From Rhizodiscina lignyota (Eukaryota), in the NCBI GenBank assembly GCA_010015805.1, contig ML978123.1, positions 1,488,001 to 1,552,000 of the forward strand: 64,000 bases of DNA, read 5' to 3'. The notes beneath the pieces are model-generated. The model was given only the letters and a program-made list of their open reading frames with translations. It was not told the DNA's origin and ran no database searches. Below, piece after piece: positions 13,141 to 26,689 of the stretch. The translations under genes and the position numbers were made by a program. Position 1 is the first letter of the stretch. Every line of letters starts with the position of its first letter.

Positions 13141-15517
13141 ATGTCAGAACACGAAAAGCCGCAGGAGCATTTAGTGTATGGTAAGTGGTGGCTCAGATGA
13201 CCGCCCCATTCCTGTGCAATGGAGGGCCACATCCCCGCCGGGATGACCCGTTGACCGTCGCGCACGAACGCGTGTATGCATCTTAATGACTGGCTGACGA
13301 GTGACTACAGACTATGACGAGCCCCCACGATCAAATCAGGACACATCCTTTCCAGGTTTCTCGCAGCCTTCTCTTCCAGCACAGCTTCCCATTACACGCG
13401 CCCACGACTCTCATGGAGCTCCAGCAACAGGCCCGACGCCTTATCTATCAGGCATTTCATACGGGCCTCGTGACGTCCACACTCAGTACAGCCCATTTAT
13501 TCCGTCTGCCTCGCGACCAGTGCCTCCGCAGGTCATAGTTACCTCTTACTCACCCAGATCTGGCTCGTATGGCACGAAACTTGAGGTCCGAATCAGACTT
13601 TCTTACGATCTCAGCTCGTATCCCGGTGTTTCATTCAGCATCTCGTTTGGAGCAATGCGTGCTCAAGCTACAGTAACCAAATTCGACGCAGGAGATGATT
13701 TCCATCACTATGTGCTGGAATCTGACATACCAGCCTTTGACCCGAGTGTGAGCCCTGGAACGCAAGTCCCCCTGTTATTGAACATGCAAGATGATTATGG
13801 CACGAGTCTTGGGGCCGTTGAGGTTGGCGATTTTACGTTCGGATATCCATCTGCCTACCAGTATCAAACTGGAACCAACACTGGACTTACTCGCAAGAGG
13901 AAGCAATCAGAAGAGCCATACGTTCGTTCTCCTCCAAAGCGCAGCGTCAGTCAACAAATGGTGAACAGAATGAGGGCGCCTTCCACAGGATACGCGCCTC
14001 CGCAAGGCCAGATGTCGCCATATCTTCGATCTGCCTCGTCTGGCACGTACGGTCTACAACCACAGCTTCCAGCGCAACAAATGTATGCTCCTGGAGGTGG
14101 ACAGGCGCAATCTTACGCGTACCCTTTAGCGCCCTATCAGCAGCAGCAGGAAATGCCGTCCCCAGGAATGCAGCCCTCGATATACGGTGCGGTCAGCCGC
14201 GGCTCTTCACTCTCAGTTCCGCCAGCTCCAGCCACAATGGCCATTGCGCTTCCTTCGACCACGTCTTCTTCAGCGCCTACTCTTGTGCGAACTTCCAGCA
14301 TTCAACCGTCAGGATCACTGGCCCAACCAAGTACAACTGCAGCACCAGCTTTCAATCCGTACGCCATGTATCCCAATTCAAAAGCCGTGTTGAAGATTGA
14401 CGGAGATTTGGACAAAATGGCTGTCGACTGGACTGAGGAAGAGTGGGAAGCGAAGCGTCGCTTGGTGCAGTTCCAGCGAAGCCAAACGGGGAGCACGATC
14501 GTTACGACCTTCGAACCTGTCACGCCTGAGGAGCGCAAGCCGAATAGCATTTGCATCAGCTGCATCTGGTGGGAGGAGAAGAAAGAATGCTATGTCACTA
14601 GCGTCGACACCATCTATTTGCTCGAGTCTTTGGTCGCTGTACGATTCACAGTCGAGGAAAAGAACCGTATCCGCCGCAACCTCGAAGGCTTTCGTCCGAT
14701 GACAGTGTCCAAGGCCAAGGCTGACAGCGAGGAATTCTTCAAGGTGATCATGGGGTTCCCGAATCCCAAACCCAGAAATATAGAGAAGGATGTCAAGGTC
14801 TTTCCTTGGAAAATCCTGGCACATGCGCTGAAGAAGATTATCGGCAAATATGTTCGTCATCCATTCACTGTTACCAATTTGAGCCCTGAAGGTCGCGCTA
14901 ACTTAGACCAGTCTGCAAGCTATTCCTCAACTGCAGGCGCCCTACTTACACCGGCTGCAGCAAGCTATACGAGTGGCGGACATACATCGGGTTCGGAAGC
15001 AGGTACCGAGCAACACGTTACTGCCTCACCTCGCTCTGTCTCGAGCTCCTCCGCTCCACCTCCACATCATCGTGCTAGTAGCATGACTACCACAGCAAGA
15101 TCACCAAATATTCCGATGTTGGGTCCAAGGACCACGGCGCTTGACATGCGCGCATCAGGTGGCAACCAGCCCGGCGATCAGCTGCGAGGAATGATGCCTC
15201 AAGAACACATGGGCACACCCCATGGCCTGCCAAGTTATGGCCAGCCGGGAGGCTGGTCGCAAATGCCCCAATACTCGTCTGGGCTTCCAAACACTGCACG
15301 TCCATCCTGGGACCTATCAGCATACATTGGTACAAGCCCTGCAGCAGTGACAGCCCTCCCAGCCTCTGCGCAACAGTCGCAACATTACTATCGTACTCCG
15401 TCCATGTCCAGCGCCGGCCAAGAGCAAGGACAAGATCTCGGAGGGGGGTCTTACGACATGTACAATACTGGAAGCGCAGGACCAGGCGGCGACAGTCAAC
15501 GAACATCCAATGCTTAA
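13141..15517 (+). CDS. medA: Medusa (MedA/ACR1/REN1/ACON-3) developmental transcriptional regulator
   Basis: Conserved domain WTEEEWEAKRRLVQF...ICISCIWW...YVTSVDTIYLLESLV...FTVEEKNRIRRNLEGFRPMTVSKAKADSEEFFKVIMGFPNPKPRNIEKDVKVFPW. First AUG at 13141 (MSEHEKPQ). Introns 13181-13310 and 14852-14911. Confidence 0.92.
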
Positions 15518-18500
15518 TTTCCATTTTACTGGAACACTATCGACTCGCTCCACATTACGCCTCGGATTGGGCAGATTCCCTTTGCGGGGCGTGCGTCGCG
15601 TCGCGCGTTGAGGGTGTGATGCGTGGTCCCGTGGCGTGGTCATGCGGCCGGGCGAATCCGACTCGCCTTGTTTCCATTGTACAACGGCAACTCCAAAAGC
15701 GGAAATGGGCGCACAATCATCAATACAAGACCACACCATCTCTCTCGTCATATGGGTCGTCCACGCGATATTTACGGCCGTCAGTGCTTCCAAATCGAAT
15801 ATTTGTTGCTCCTCCGAAAGCAACATCCTTGCCGTCAGCCACGCGTCATCGAGGCTCATCTCTCCGTCCGGCCCCAGTGCCAACAATATCCCTAATGCAC
15901 GACACAAATTTGATCGACTCATGGAATAATCCTCTTTGGCGCACTGATAGACGCGTTTCAGCCTCTCACGAGAGCCATCTGATACCCTCGGAATTACTGG
16001 GCGGCCTTTTCGGACTTACTTGCAACTAATCTCCCTCCCTCACATCGAAAGAAACCCACCTTCCCTCGTCACTATTCTCGAGCTTTCACACCTCTAGTAT
16101 CGCATATGACTCCGCATACACACGCGCGTACTGTAATTTTGTTTGCAAGCATACACACATACAATGTATACTTAATCCCTCACTCGCATAGCAGCATACT
16201 TAGGGGCATCGGGGGGCGGCACAGCTACTCACTTCGCACACTGAGAAACTTAAACCGGTCTTGATCGGTGTGATGAAGTGGGCCTGCTACTCTTTGCATG
16301 GCGAAGGCGTTTCATCTTCATTGACTTTTTGCGCATTTTGCCTTCTTCATACCCCGCTTTATTCTGTTCTTCTTGCTTGCATTGCGCCGGCTTTTTTACG
16401 TGGCATTTGATTCATTTTCTGGGGCTTGCTTTTGCTCTATATATGCATTGCGAATGGCGCTTAGTCGGTTTCCTGAATTAGGGCCGTGGAAGGAATAGTG
16501 ACTGCAACGAAAGGGGATACAAGAGGAAACCAGAAATGGAAATACATGCCAGATCTTTTCACGACCTCCCAGTCCAACTATTGCTCCTTGCGCAAGGTGT
16601 CTTCCATCTTTATCAACGAATGCTCTGGCCATATGACGAGTGCTCACCGCACTTTACTGCTGCAACAGATCCGACGCCATAACGGAAGAACTCCACGTGG
16701 CAGCCGTTGGAAGTCGATCTTCCGCCAGACACAGAAAGTTTGAGGATTGAAGAACAGTCGTCAAACATGCCACTCTCCCACTCCGCTCTCTCAAGCAATG
16801 CCTTGAAGGCTCAATTTCCATGCCCCGTTCAACCCGCCGTTGAACACCTGACCACGAGCAGTGTCGTCCCCTGCAAGCGGTGTGATGTTTCGAAACAACG
16901 CGGCCCTCGGCTGCACGCTGCACGATTCACAAAATAGACTTTGCGACATGTTGAGCATGGCACGTTCGCTGGTGCCATTGGCTGGATACCCTGTCAAAGT
17001 GTGCTTTAGCAGGGCGGAAGGCAACCGATGGCCCGGAGCGAGTCAGGCGTTAGGGCTTCGTAGGGGGATCAGAGCTAGGATCGCACGGATAAGATCGTCC
17101 TCTTGCACCGGCCGGAAGAGCAACGGTTTTTGTGGGGTTTGGAATGAGAAACTTGAAAGGTAAGAGTCGCGATACATAGTATCAACCGCATACTACGCAG
17201 AGTAGATGACGATGGCGACCAGTTGCGAAGCAGAGATAAGATGCATCCTGACTTCTGACCTGCACTCCCCGTCGTGCTTCTGATCAGTCATTTTACATCT
17301 CACCGGCACCGGTCCGGTGTGACAGCTCTCCACGGAGTACTCCGTCCCACGCCGTAATAAACGGTCTCATCAGTCCTGGTGTTGATCCGGTGCTTACTCG
17401 TCGCATTAACGCTCACGATCGACCGGACCGTTGCACCAATGCTTGGGCAGCTCACTTTGAGAATCGTCCGTGCCACCCCTGGAGTTTTTCGAGCTGCTGC
17501 CCAACGTCCTCCTGCCAACTTCGAGAAGTTAAAGCGCGTCCACAGTTTACCTAGAGTGGTACGGAGTACAGAGTATCTGTACCATAGATCTCGGACGAAT
17601 TCATCGGTCTGAAAGTAAGGCAGAATCGTCCATTCCACTCCAGAGTGTCAATTGGCTAGGGAAATTAGCCGATAAGTGCACGAGCTGTCGTCCGACATAT
17701 TTAGCGCCACAGCTCCTTCAACTGGGCTTCGAATCGTTCGGAGAACCAGGCCATTTACACTTTTGCTTTAAATGTCATGTGTGACACATGCTCGGCATCC
17801 TCCTCATTATTCTCCCAGTTTTCTCTCGCTCGTGAATTGCTTAGCCTCATTCAACAATGTCCGGGTGCACGAGACAACGGTTCTACGGAGTAGATTAGCA
17901 TCTATTTACACTCAGAACTTTTCGATCCTTCCAATGTTACGATGCCTTAGTGTCATGCGTAAACGCGCGTGCTCTTGCCAGCAAGTTCACCGCCATGCAT
18001 CAGATATTCATGTATTGAGTTCTATTGACGTAATACTATCACGATCCCAACCACAAAAAATTCGACTCCTGCGCTCGTCATCGTCAACATCGTCTTCATC
18101 TCTCTCGTCGCGGTCTTAGTAGTTACCCGACTCAACTCGCGAACCTATCTTATGCGCTGCTTTGGATCCAATGACTGCTTTATCATCCTCTCATATCTAC
18201 ACCGTCTAATGGATCACTATCTATTTTCCCCATTGGGGCCATGTATCCGAGCGCTTCATATTACCTGTTTCGCGTGGTAGTCGCAGAAGGATCAATAAAG
18301 GTAGTAGTGACATCATGAGTACTTGCATCACGATATCGAATGCAACTCCTTCAGCCACAGGCATGGGCACAGGCGATTTGAGTCAACGCGGCTTCGACAA
18401 GGGGACCAGGCTAAGTTGCGAGACTACCAGCAGTGTAAGAAACGGCCGCGGAAAGAAACTCCAGAAGAGGGAACATAGTCATGAGCTCCCGAAAGGCATG

Positions 18501-18730
18501 TGGAATAGAGACAGAAGGGCCAAAGGAAAAGCAAGAGGAACAATGATAATGGCGTTAGACGGACTTCTCGGATCAAACGCCTCAGGGAGAGACGAAGGCT
18601 AATGTAAGTGGGAATATATCTGTATTGCTCACCAAAGAATATAGCGATCCCTTTGTTGTGACCCGGTGGTACGAGAAGTTGAAAGTCTAGTGTTACCAGA
18701 CGACTACTACTTGGACAGCAATCAGCAATA

Positions 18731-21700
18731 TCAATCGTGTTTCCGCATCCCCTCTCTAAACTCCTCGATCGGTCGATCCAAGTTCTCTGTTAACCATATA
18801 GTAGTTGCCTCGATCACTTCAGCAAACCCTCTCAGATCCTCAATGGCCCAGACAGACCCTCGGAGATGCAACATAATCTTATCTCCTGCTGTCTCTCGCA
18901 CTAAGCTGGCATTGTTGACGAACTTTGTCACATCGCGCCGAATCGGAGCGTCGACGATTTCCATATTCGTATACGCGTTCGCACCCTGAATATTCGAGCC
19001 AAGCCAGTTGAATATGCAGTCTGTCGCGAATATCGGGAATAGAGCTGCTGAGTCGGCGTCGAGGCCCCGCATGATCTCTCTCCACGGTGCTGAAGCGTAC
19101 TTTGTCTGCGACTTCTGTTCTTCTTGGAGACGGGTCAGGAAAGAGAGCGTTGTTTCGCCAGCGGAAAGAGAGACCAGGTTTAGCACCGACTGGAAGAGCT
19201 GTCCACCCACATCGGTAGCTGGGGTCTTCATTGCTTCGGCTGCCGCATTGGTTATGAATGGGAAGCGGTCACGGCCGGATTCGACGTGAGAGAATATCGC
19301 GTGGGTGTGATTGGTGACTCTCAGTAAGAAGAGAGCCGTGGCCGCTTTGATAACGAGCGAAGGTGCAATCTGGGGGTGCTGTTGGCAGAGGCGGTGGACA
19401 CGGTCGGCGGAGAAGGTGTGCACATAGCCGTCAGGCTTCGCGTCTTCAATCTGCAGAGCCCGGTCCATCGGAGGGAAGTAGTGCTCCTTGTGCTGTGCCA
19501 GGCCTTTGAGTTTCCGCACATGGTACATCGTTGCAGCCCGGGCTGCAGGCGAAGTCCGAAGGGTATAAAAGTGATCGCAATACAGCTTGTATGGCACGTG
19601 TGGCTTCAGTGGCGTGTCTCCAAGAGCAAGGTCGAGGTCTTCAAAGATCAGTTGGGCAAACGTGGCATCTGTGACAGCATGATGAACTGTATTGAGTTTA
19701 TCAGTTAGCTCGTCCATATACTCATCACGGGCCGACATACTATTGTATATAATTCCAGCGCATTGCGTCTCTTCCACATAGTACAGATATGCGCGACAGA
19801 GCGGGCCAGGATACGTCGCGCCTTGCACCATACACATATCCAAGGCAGTCTTCTTGAGCTCATCAATGGTTGATAGCGTCCCCCGATCCTCGACCAAGCT
19901 GTCTATGAGCTCGGGCTTTGGGTCTACAGTGAATTGTAGCGCGAGATCGTCGCCAAGCTTGTCGTCGTCCCACACTATGAAGGACGATTGCATTGGATTA
20001 TTGGCGATCGTTTTCGAAACCGCAGCACGCAGACTCTGTGAAATGTCAGACTGGAGCAATAGAACAAATTTGGACGCATACCTTGACAGAAGAGTTCCTC
20101 GCGAGAAGGGCAATTTTGAAGCACCATCGATCAAGAGTGCCATTTCTGGCAAGGACCTCAGTGAAGTCATAAGCTGGCATAACGTCACGCACATCGTCCC
20201 AGCTGAGGCCAGAGGGCAGAGCCTTCGTTATGACTTCCTTCGAGGCTTCGAAAATCTCCGGGTCATCTAACGCGTACACCATCTCGTCGATGGTCGGTGG
20301 GTGATCGGGCGCCGCAAATTGTGCACTGTCAGAGGAAACATCGGCTGCCGCTCGAGTTTGCATGATGCCGATCATTTTGCCAATTGTACGCGCCTCCAAT
20401 ATCTCTTGAACAGTCAAGTTGACGCCAGTCTGCTTGTAGATCCTGTCCTTGACCCTCATAAGCGTGATGCTGTCTCCAAGCTCGGCGAGATCTGTCGTCG
20501 AAGAGATGTCCTTTGCGTTAACGCCGACCATTCGGGCCCATATTTGCGTCACCTGCTCAGTCAGTTGAGAAGCTACGTAGCCGTTTGTAGCTTCACTTCG
20601 CTCGCGGTATTGGCGAACCAGGTCGGTGAGCTTGTTTTTCTGGATCTTGCCTGCCATGGTTCGTGGGTAATCCTTGAGCCCCAAGTCCTCGATATATATG
20701 ACATCGTCCAATGAGTACATCTTGCCCATGTTGGATACGATGGCATCTTTGATTTGCTTAATCGCCTCCGCATCCACAGGTCTTGCGACGAGGGCCACAG
20801 GTACTTCGCCAGCAATTTCATCTGCGGCACCGACAACTTGGACCTGGTGATCTCTAAATTGCGGCAGCTGCTGGCCAATGCAAGACTCAATGGCGGCTGG
20901 CGAAAGATTCTCGCCGCCTCTGATAATCATCTCCTTGTACCTGCCGCTGACGTATATTCGGCCATCCTTCTCGATAACGGCTTGGTCTCCCGTGGCCATC
21001 CAGTGTAGGCCATCCTCCTGGTAGAAATCATCGCTGGACTGTCCGATGTAGGATTTAAGCACCATTGGTGAAGTGCCATGAAGCTCGCCAACTTCACCGC
21101 GAGGCACAGGTGTCTTTGATCCAGCGGCACAGACTTTCAGCCGAGAACCTGGTACTCCACGTCCGATAGCGATATTACTTCCGTTGGACAATGCTGCGGG
21201 CGTTTGACGTCCAGAGAAACAGATTACTCCTTCTGTCAATCCATAAGCATTCTCTACCGCTTTGGCCCCCAGCTCTTCCGTGCACAGTCTGAGGATCTCC
21301 GGCGTCAGCGCAGCTCCACCAAGAAGGACGGTATTGAGATATTCAAGTTTAATTCCTTGCGCAGATTTAGCAAGAAGCAAAGCGTAGATCATAGTAGGCA
21401 CGGCAACTGTATGGGTGCATCTCTCTGCTCGAGCAGCTGTCAAGAATGACATTGGTTCGAAAGAGGGTCCCGGATACAGGAGAGTGGCCCCGGTACAGAG
21501 GGCTATCATGGTCAAAAAGCAACCCATGGCGTGATTGTTGGGCACGAGGCTCGCGAAAACATCGCCATTTGTTATGCGGAACAATGGCCCTCCCGCTTCT
21601 CTGCACGCAAGGAAGGCTCCGAGCTGATGATGGTGCCAGTGGCAGCCTTTTGGCAAGTTGGTTGTCCCACTAGTGAACAGGACGACGCTGTCCTTCTCCT

Positions 21701-22334
21701 CATCCTGCAAACTCGTTGATTGGGTGACATGCTCACCACCCTTCACAGAACGTGTCATCAGGGAGCCAAAGGCAGTCCAATGCTTCAAATCACTCTCGTG
21801 GACGACAATCTTAAGAGCGCTAGCAAGCACATCGAAGTTGTCCAGCTTCGCTGCTGTGACTGGGCCGTCCGCGAATACCACAGAAGACTCGGAGGAACAA
21901 CCTTTGAAAGCGACCTTCATCATGTGAGAGACCTCCTTCGCATTGGCCAGATTTCTGATGTTGATAGGCACCAGAGTGCATCCGAGGGCATTGGAAGCCC
22001 AGTAAACAGAGAGAAATTCTGCCCCGTTTGGCAAAAACGTAAATATGGGCATCCCAGCATGGACTCCTCGGGCTGAAAGTGCTCTGACCAGTGTGTCCAC
22101 CGCAGTCCGGAGCTCGTGATATGTCCACCTTAGATATGGTGCCTTTGCGTATGCGTCCGTGTCCAATGGTTGGCTGTTCATACCATAGAGGTCCGCCACT
22201 TGATGCGTCGCCACAACTGCCAAACTGTCGGGATGTTTGGAGACTGCATTTTCAAAGTATTCCCAACAGCTCTGGAAAGGCCCAGGGAGGGGTTCTCCGA
22301 TGATGTAGCTCAGTGAATCGTCCATATTAGCCAT
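18731..22334 (-). CDS. NRPS-like monomodular protein: acyl-CoA-ligase-type adenylation (A), thiolation (T) and condensation-like (C) domains
   Basis: A motifs FTSGTTNLPKG, NAYGLTEG, TGD, GRYKEMIIRGGEN, PRTMAGKIQK. Carrier motif LGDSITLM. C motif HHAVTDA. Introns 20036-20081 and 19687-19740. Confidence 0.85.
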
Positions 22335-24210
22335 CCTGGAAGGACAATTCTAAGGACAGAAAGAGAGGGGCAAGGGAGATATGATATAGACAGGACGCGT
22401 TTACTGTAAAGGGTGCATGACTCGGATTACATCTTTACAAAGTACAGCCGATTTTTACGAGGCGGCCATCCGGCATAATATCTGTAATATTCGTTCATTG
22501 TAGGACGGCTAACAAGGCGTGTAGTATCAAACCTGGTTTAGCGTTGAAGGAATGGGCCAGCCGTTAACGTGCTAGGAGGAATTCTCGCTCCGGTTTCTAG
22601 TAAGCTTGCGCTACAGGCCAACTCAGCCTTACACATCTAGGACATCTAGGAAATAGAGAGGGAAATCATGGAATCATTAATCTGTCCCGAGTTTCCGGCC
22701 TCGGAAACGCCAATGTTACTTATGTGCTCGTCGTGTTCTATCCGCCCTCGGTGGAGCAGAGAGTTAGTTAACTGTGGGTGGCATCTCGACAGAACACCCG
22801 AAAGCTGTTTGAACTCCGTCGCGCTCGCAATACATACGTTAATAGTCGACGCGACTACGTCTACGTGCGAAAAACAGTAGTGCTTGCAATTGTAGCAGCG
22901 CAGAACACCAGGGACTCTTGAAGGCGGGCGAACACGGGGTTCGGTATAGCGAGGCGGCCGCAACGTTTGCTAAAGATCTTTAGACGCTCCACTTGTCGTT
23001 CTTTATCCTTAATACGGCTGTGAAACTTTGTGAAAGGATGTGATGCAGCCTTTCATATTCATGCTCGTATCTTTTTAGAGATGTGTTCCGCACTTCAAGT
23101 CTTGGCCAGCGTGAGTGCTTATCCTGTTACTCACGAGCTGCATGGCATTTATCTTTCCATGGAAGTACCGACCACGGCAAATCTTGAAAGCTTTCAGCCT
23201 TCCAGGATCTTCCTTCCCAACAACATCTTTAAGGACTCCTCAAGCGGCCCGGGCCAGACTCCATCCTCTCTCGATCACGTATGCCCCCACCATTTTTACT
23301 CTTTGAATTCAACCCACTTGTATCATCGTCGAAATCTAGATGGTTAGAAGCGGACATTGGCCGCTAGATGGAGCCGAATCGATAGTGTTCTTAGATACAA
23401 CGCCATCGGGATGGCCTGACCTAGAGAATGCGGCTCAGCTGATCATGAGCTCTGTGGTCTGATTTCGACAGTACGATAAGTGGAAGTCGATACTCTAAGT
23501 AGAATACGATGATGCATTCGAATCTCTAATCCTCTCAATTGTAGTACCGTATATGACCCATTCTTGTGAGGACTTCAAGGCCCATACTCCTTATGTCGAT
23601 ACGTATGGCATTTGAAGCAAGCAATTCAGCATTTGCATCCACGAATGGTCGAGACCGTCGCTCTAAGGCCAGTTTGGGCGCAGACGGGAACTCGAAGTTC
23701 CCCTAACGGTACCGCCGTGGCCGGATTGGGAGAAGCGCGTGCTTCGCGTGCGAACGCCCCACCTCATACCGTCCAAACTTGTCCTCTATCACACTCACAC
23801 TCGACAATCGAGAAGCCATCATACTCGTCAAAACTCCTCAATGGCTCTCACATGGCTATGTGATTAAACATGAAGCTTCTGCACCCTACGAAGATCTTGC
23901 GTGCTCAATTTCCACTAAGAGCCAGGGTCAGCATCTTTGGTAAGAAAAGGATGGCTGCCAGGCTGTCCAGCTTCAGGGGCAAGGACCACTCTCTGCCGAT
24001 GAGGCTTGCGAATGCCGCGATGGCGCAGACAGCCTATGAACAGGGCGCGTCTAGACCCGGGGATTGTTTTATTAAAGGGATTCAAATCGATAAGAGACGT
24101 ACCGTGGACGTTTTTCACTATTTCCTACGCTGATCTTACTCCACTACGCTCTTTCTCGACACTCGTTTCTTTCGTATCTCTTATTCGCAGAGCTTGCTCT
24201 GCACTTCTAA

Positions 24211-26689
24211 ATGCTGGGAATGTCTCAGCCGCAGGATACAGTCATTGATATTATTGAAGATGTACCAAGTACGCCGAATGAGAAGAAGACGTTTGTCTCC
24301 ACGTCCGTTACGGAAGTCAACAGCGATAGCCGACCATCCACAAACAATACCCCGCGCCCAGGTCTGAAAGGACGTCGACGAACTACGAAGGACGGCTTCA
24401 AGGACAATAACAACCTCAAAAGAATCGGCACAGATGGTGAAGAGGATTCCGTTCTCAGCTTGGGCAAGGTCTATTCCGCCGTGCTTGGCTTCAGCGTTAT
24501 TACGCGATACGTCGTTTTCATCTTGCCAGTGGCCGCTCTCCTGGCCGTCCCTGTCATTGTAACTGCAACCGTCGCCAAAGATGCACGTGCCGATGGCGTA
24601 CGACTCCTGGGCCTGTTCATCTGGATCGAAGTTGTCTGGTTCAGTTTGTGGGCGGCTAAGCTCATCGCGCAAATACTTCCGTTAATCTTCCAATTCTTCT
24701 GCGGCATTATCAGCTCGGGCACGCGTAAATATATGCTATTGCTCAAGGCGATTGAGATACCGATTTCCTTGCTAATATGGACCATCATCTGCTGGGGAAC
24801 CGTGCCGGTGATAACGACCTTCGAGCACACAGCGAACTTTTCTTGGGTTGTTACTCTTCGACGCGTCTTTCTCGCGTCTATCGCTGTTGCAGCATGCTTC
24901 CTTTGCGAGAAGATTATCGTCCAGCTCATCGGCATCAATTACCACCGGAAGCAGTTCAATGTTAGGATCAAGAACTCAAAGAAGCGCGTTCACATGCTCG
25001 ATGTTATGTATGAAGCGTCACGAAAACTCTTTCCCGCTTACTGTCCTGAATTCATTGAGGATGACTACATCATCCTTACTGGAGTTGACCACCGCCAGAA
25101 TCCGAAGGCAGCGGCAAACATCATTGGTGGCATTGGTTGGGTCGGAGAGAACGTCACGTCCGCCTTTGGCAATATGGCCAGCGAGATCACCGGCCAACAA
25201 GTCTCAACGACCGCTGCTCACTCAATTGTCGTCGAAGCCCTGGAGATGAAGACGTCGACTGAGGCACTCGCTCGCCGCGTGTGGACGTCTTTCGTCGAAG
25301 AAGGAAATGATGCCCTCTACCCTAGGGATATCGTTGAGATTTTGGGCGAAGAGAACAAAGCGGAAGCGGAGGAGATTTTCGATGCGCTCGATGTGGACCA
25401 TAACGGTGATATCAGTCTTGAGGAGATGGTTACAACTGTCGTGGAGATTGCCCGAGAGCGCAAGGACATGGCCAGGAGCATGCATGGTACGACAACTATG
25501 AATCGAATTGAAAGTTGAATAAGCTAATTAGATTGCAGACGTCAGTCAAGCCGTTCGCGTTCTCGACAGATTCCTCTCCTGTGTTGTTATCGTCTTAATC
25601 GCACTCATCTATGGTTCGTTCAATTTATCGCATCAATTGTGGTTTGTTGCTAACGCTAGACACAGCTGCTTTCTTTAGCTCCAGTTTTGCCCACTATTTG
25701 GCCACCATCGGTACTCAAGTCGCAGCAGTCTCATTTGCGATTGCGGGCAGTGTCCAGGAGTTCCTCGGCTCGTGCATTTTCTTATTTATCAAGCATCCTT
25801 ACGACGTTGGCGACCGGGTTCTCATCAACGATACCCAACTTGTCGTTGAACATATCTCATTGCTCTATACCGTGTTCCGCCGCATTGACAACAATCGCAC
25901 CGTTCAGGTCCCCAATATCGTCAATAACTCGACCTGGATTGAGAACGTTAGCAGAAGCAAGGCGATGAAGGAACAGCTCGAGATAGATATTGATGCCGGG
26001 ACGAGCTTCGAGGATGTCGAACTGCTGCGCGCTGAGCTCCAGATGTTTGTTCTCGCTCCTGAAAACAAGAGGGACTTCCTTCCTGCTGTAGAGATAGAGA
26101 TACTCGAGACGGACATGAAGAAGCTCGTACTACGTGTCGAGGTCACGCACAAGGTAGGCATTGGAGATTCCCTCATTATCAATTGCAGCTAATCATACAC
26201 TAGTCCAACTGGTCCAACGAGTTCCTCAGGTCCTCTCGACGGAACAAGCTTATGACTGCACTCATCTCCGCCACACGTGCCGTCCCCATCTACCCGCCTG
26301 GCGGTGCCGATGCGGTTCTCGGCGGCAACTTTGCTCCAAGCTATTCTGTCGCCGTCAGCAAGGCCGAGGCCGAGGCTGCAAGAGCAGAGTTCGTCGCGCA
26401 GAAAGAGGCGAAAAGAATGCAGGCTGTGCGGATGGCAGAGGCTCTGCAGAAGGTCGATGATGAGTTGAGTGGCGCAAGAGCTGAGAGTGTGACGACCGGA
26501 GCAGAGGTACAAACTGCTACGCTTGCGGTTGGAAGGAGGCCATTGAGTGTGGGATTGCAGGTGCAGGGTGCTGAAGGGAGGGCATCAATGGAGAGCAGGG
26601 CAAGCAGGAGGGAGAGAGGAGATGTAGCGGATTTCCAAGATCATTCGATGAGGGACAGGACTGGCATACGGAAAACTAAGAATGCATGA
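24211..26689 (+). CDS. MscS-like mechanosensitive ion channel with EF-hand (Msy1/Msy2 type)
   Basis: Multiple TM segments, EF-hand DVDHNGDISLEE and MscS core SCIFLFIKHPYDVGDRV...NSTWIENVSRS. Introns near 25487-25538, 25613-25665 and 26154-26203. Start at 24211 or 24220. Confidence 0.9.

Noticed and set aside
15087..16029. ORFs of 130-200 aa overlapping the medA 3' end and UTR
   Set aside because: Antisense or UTR ORFs with no protein-like features.
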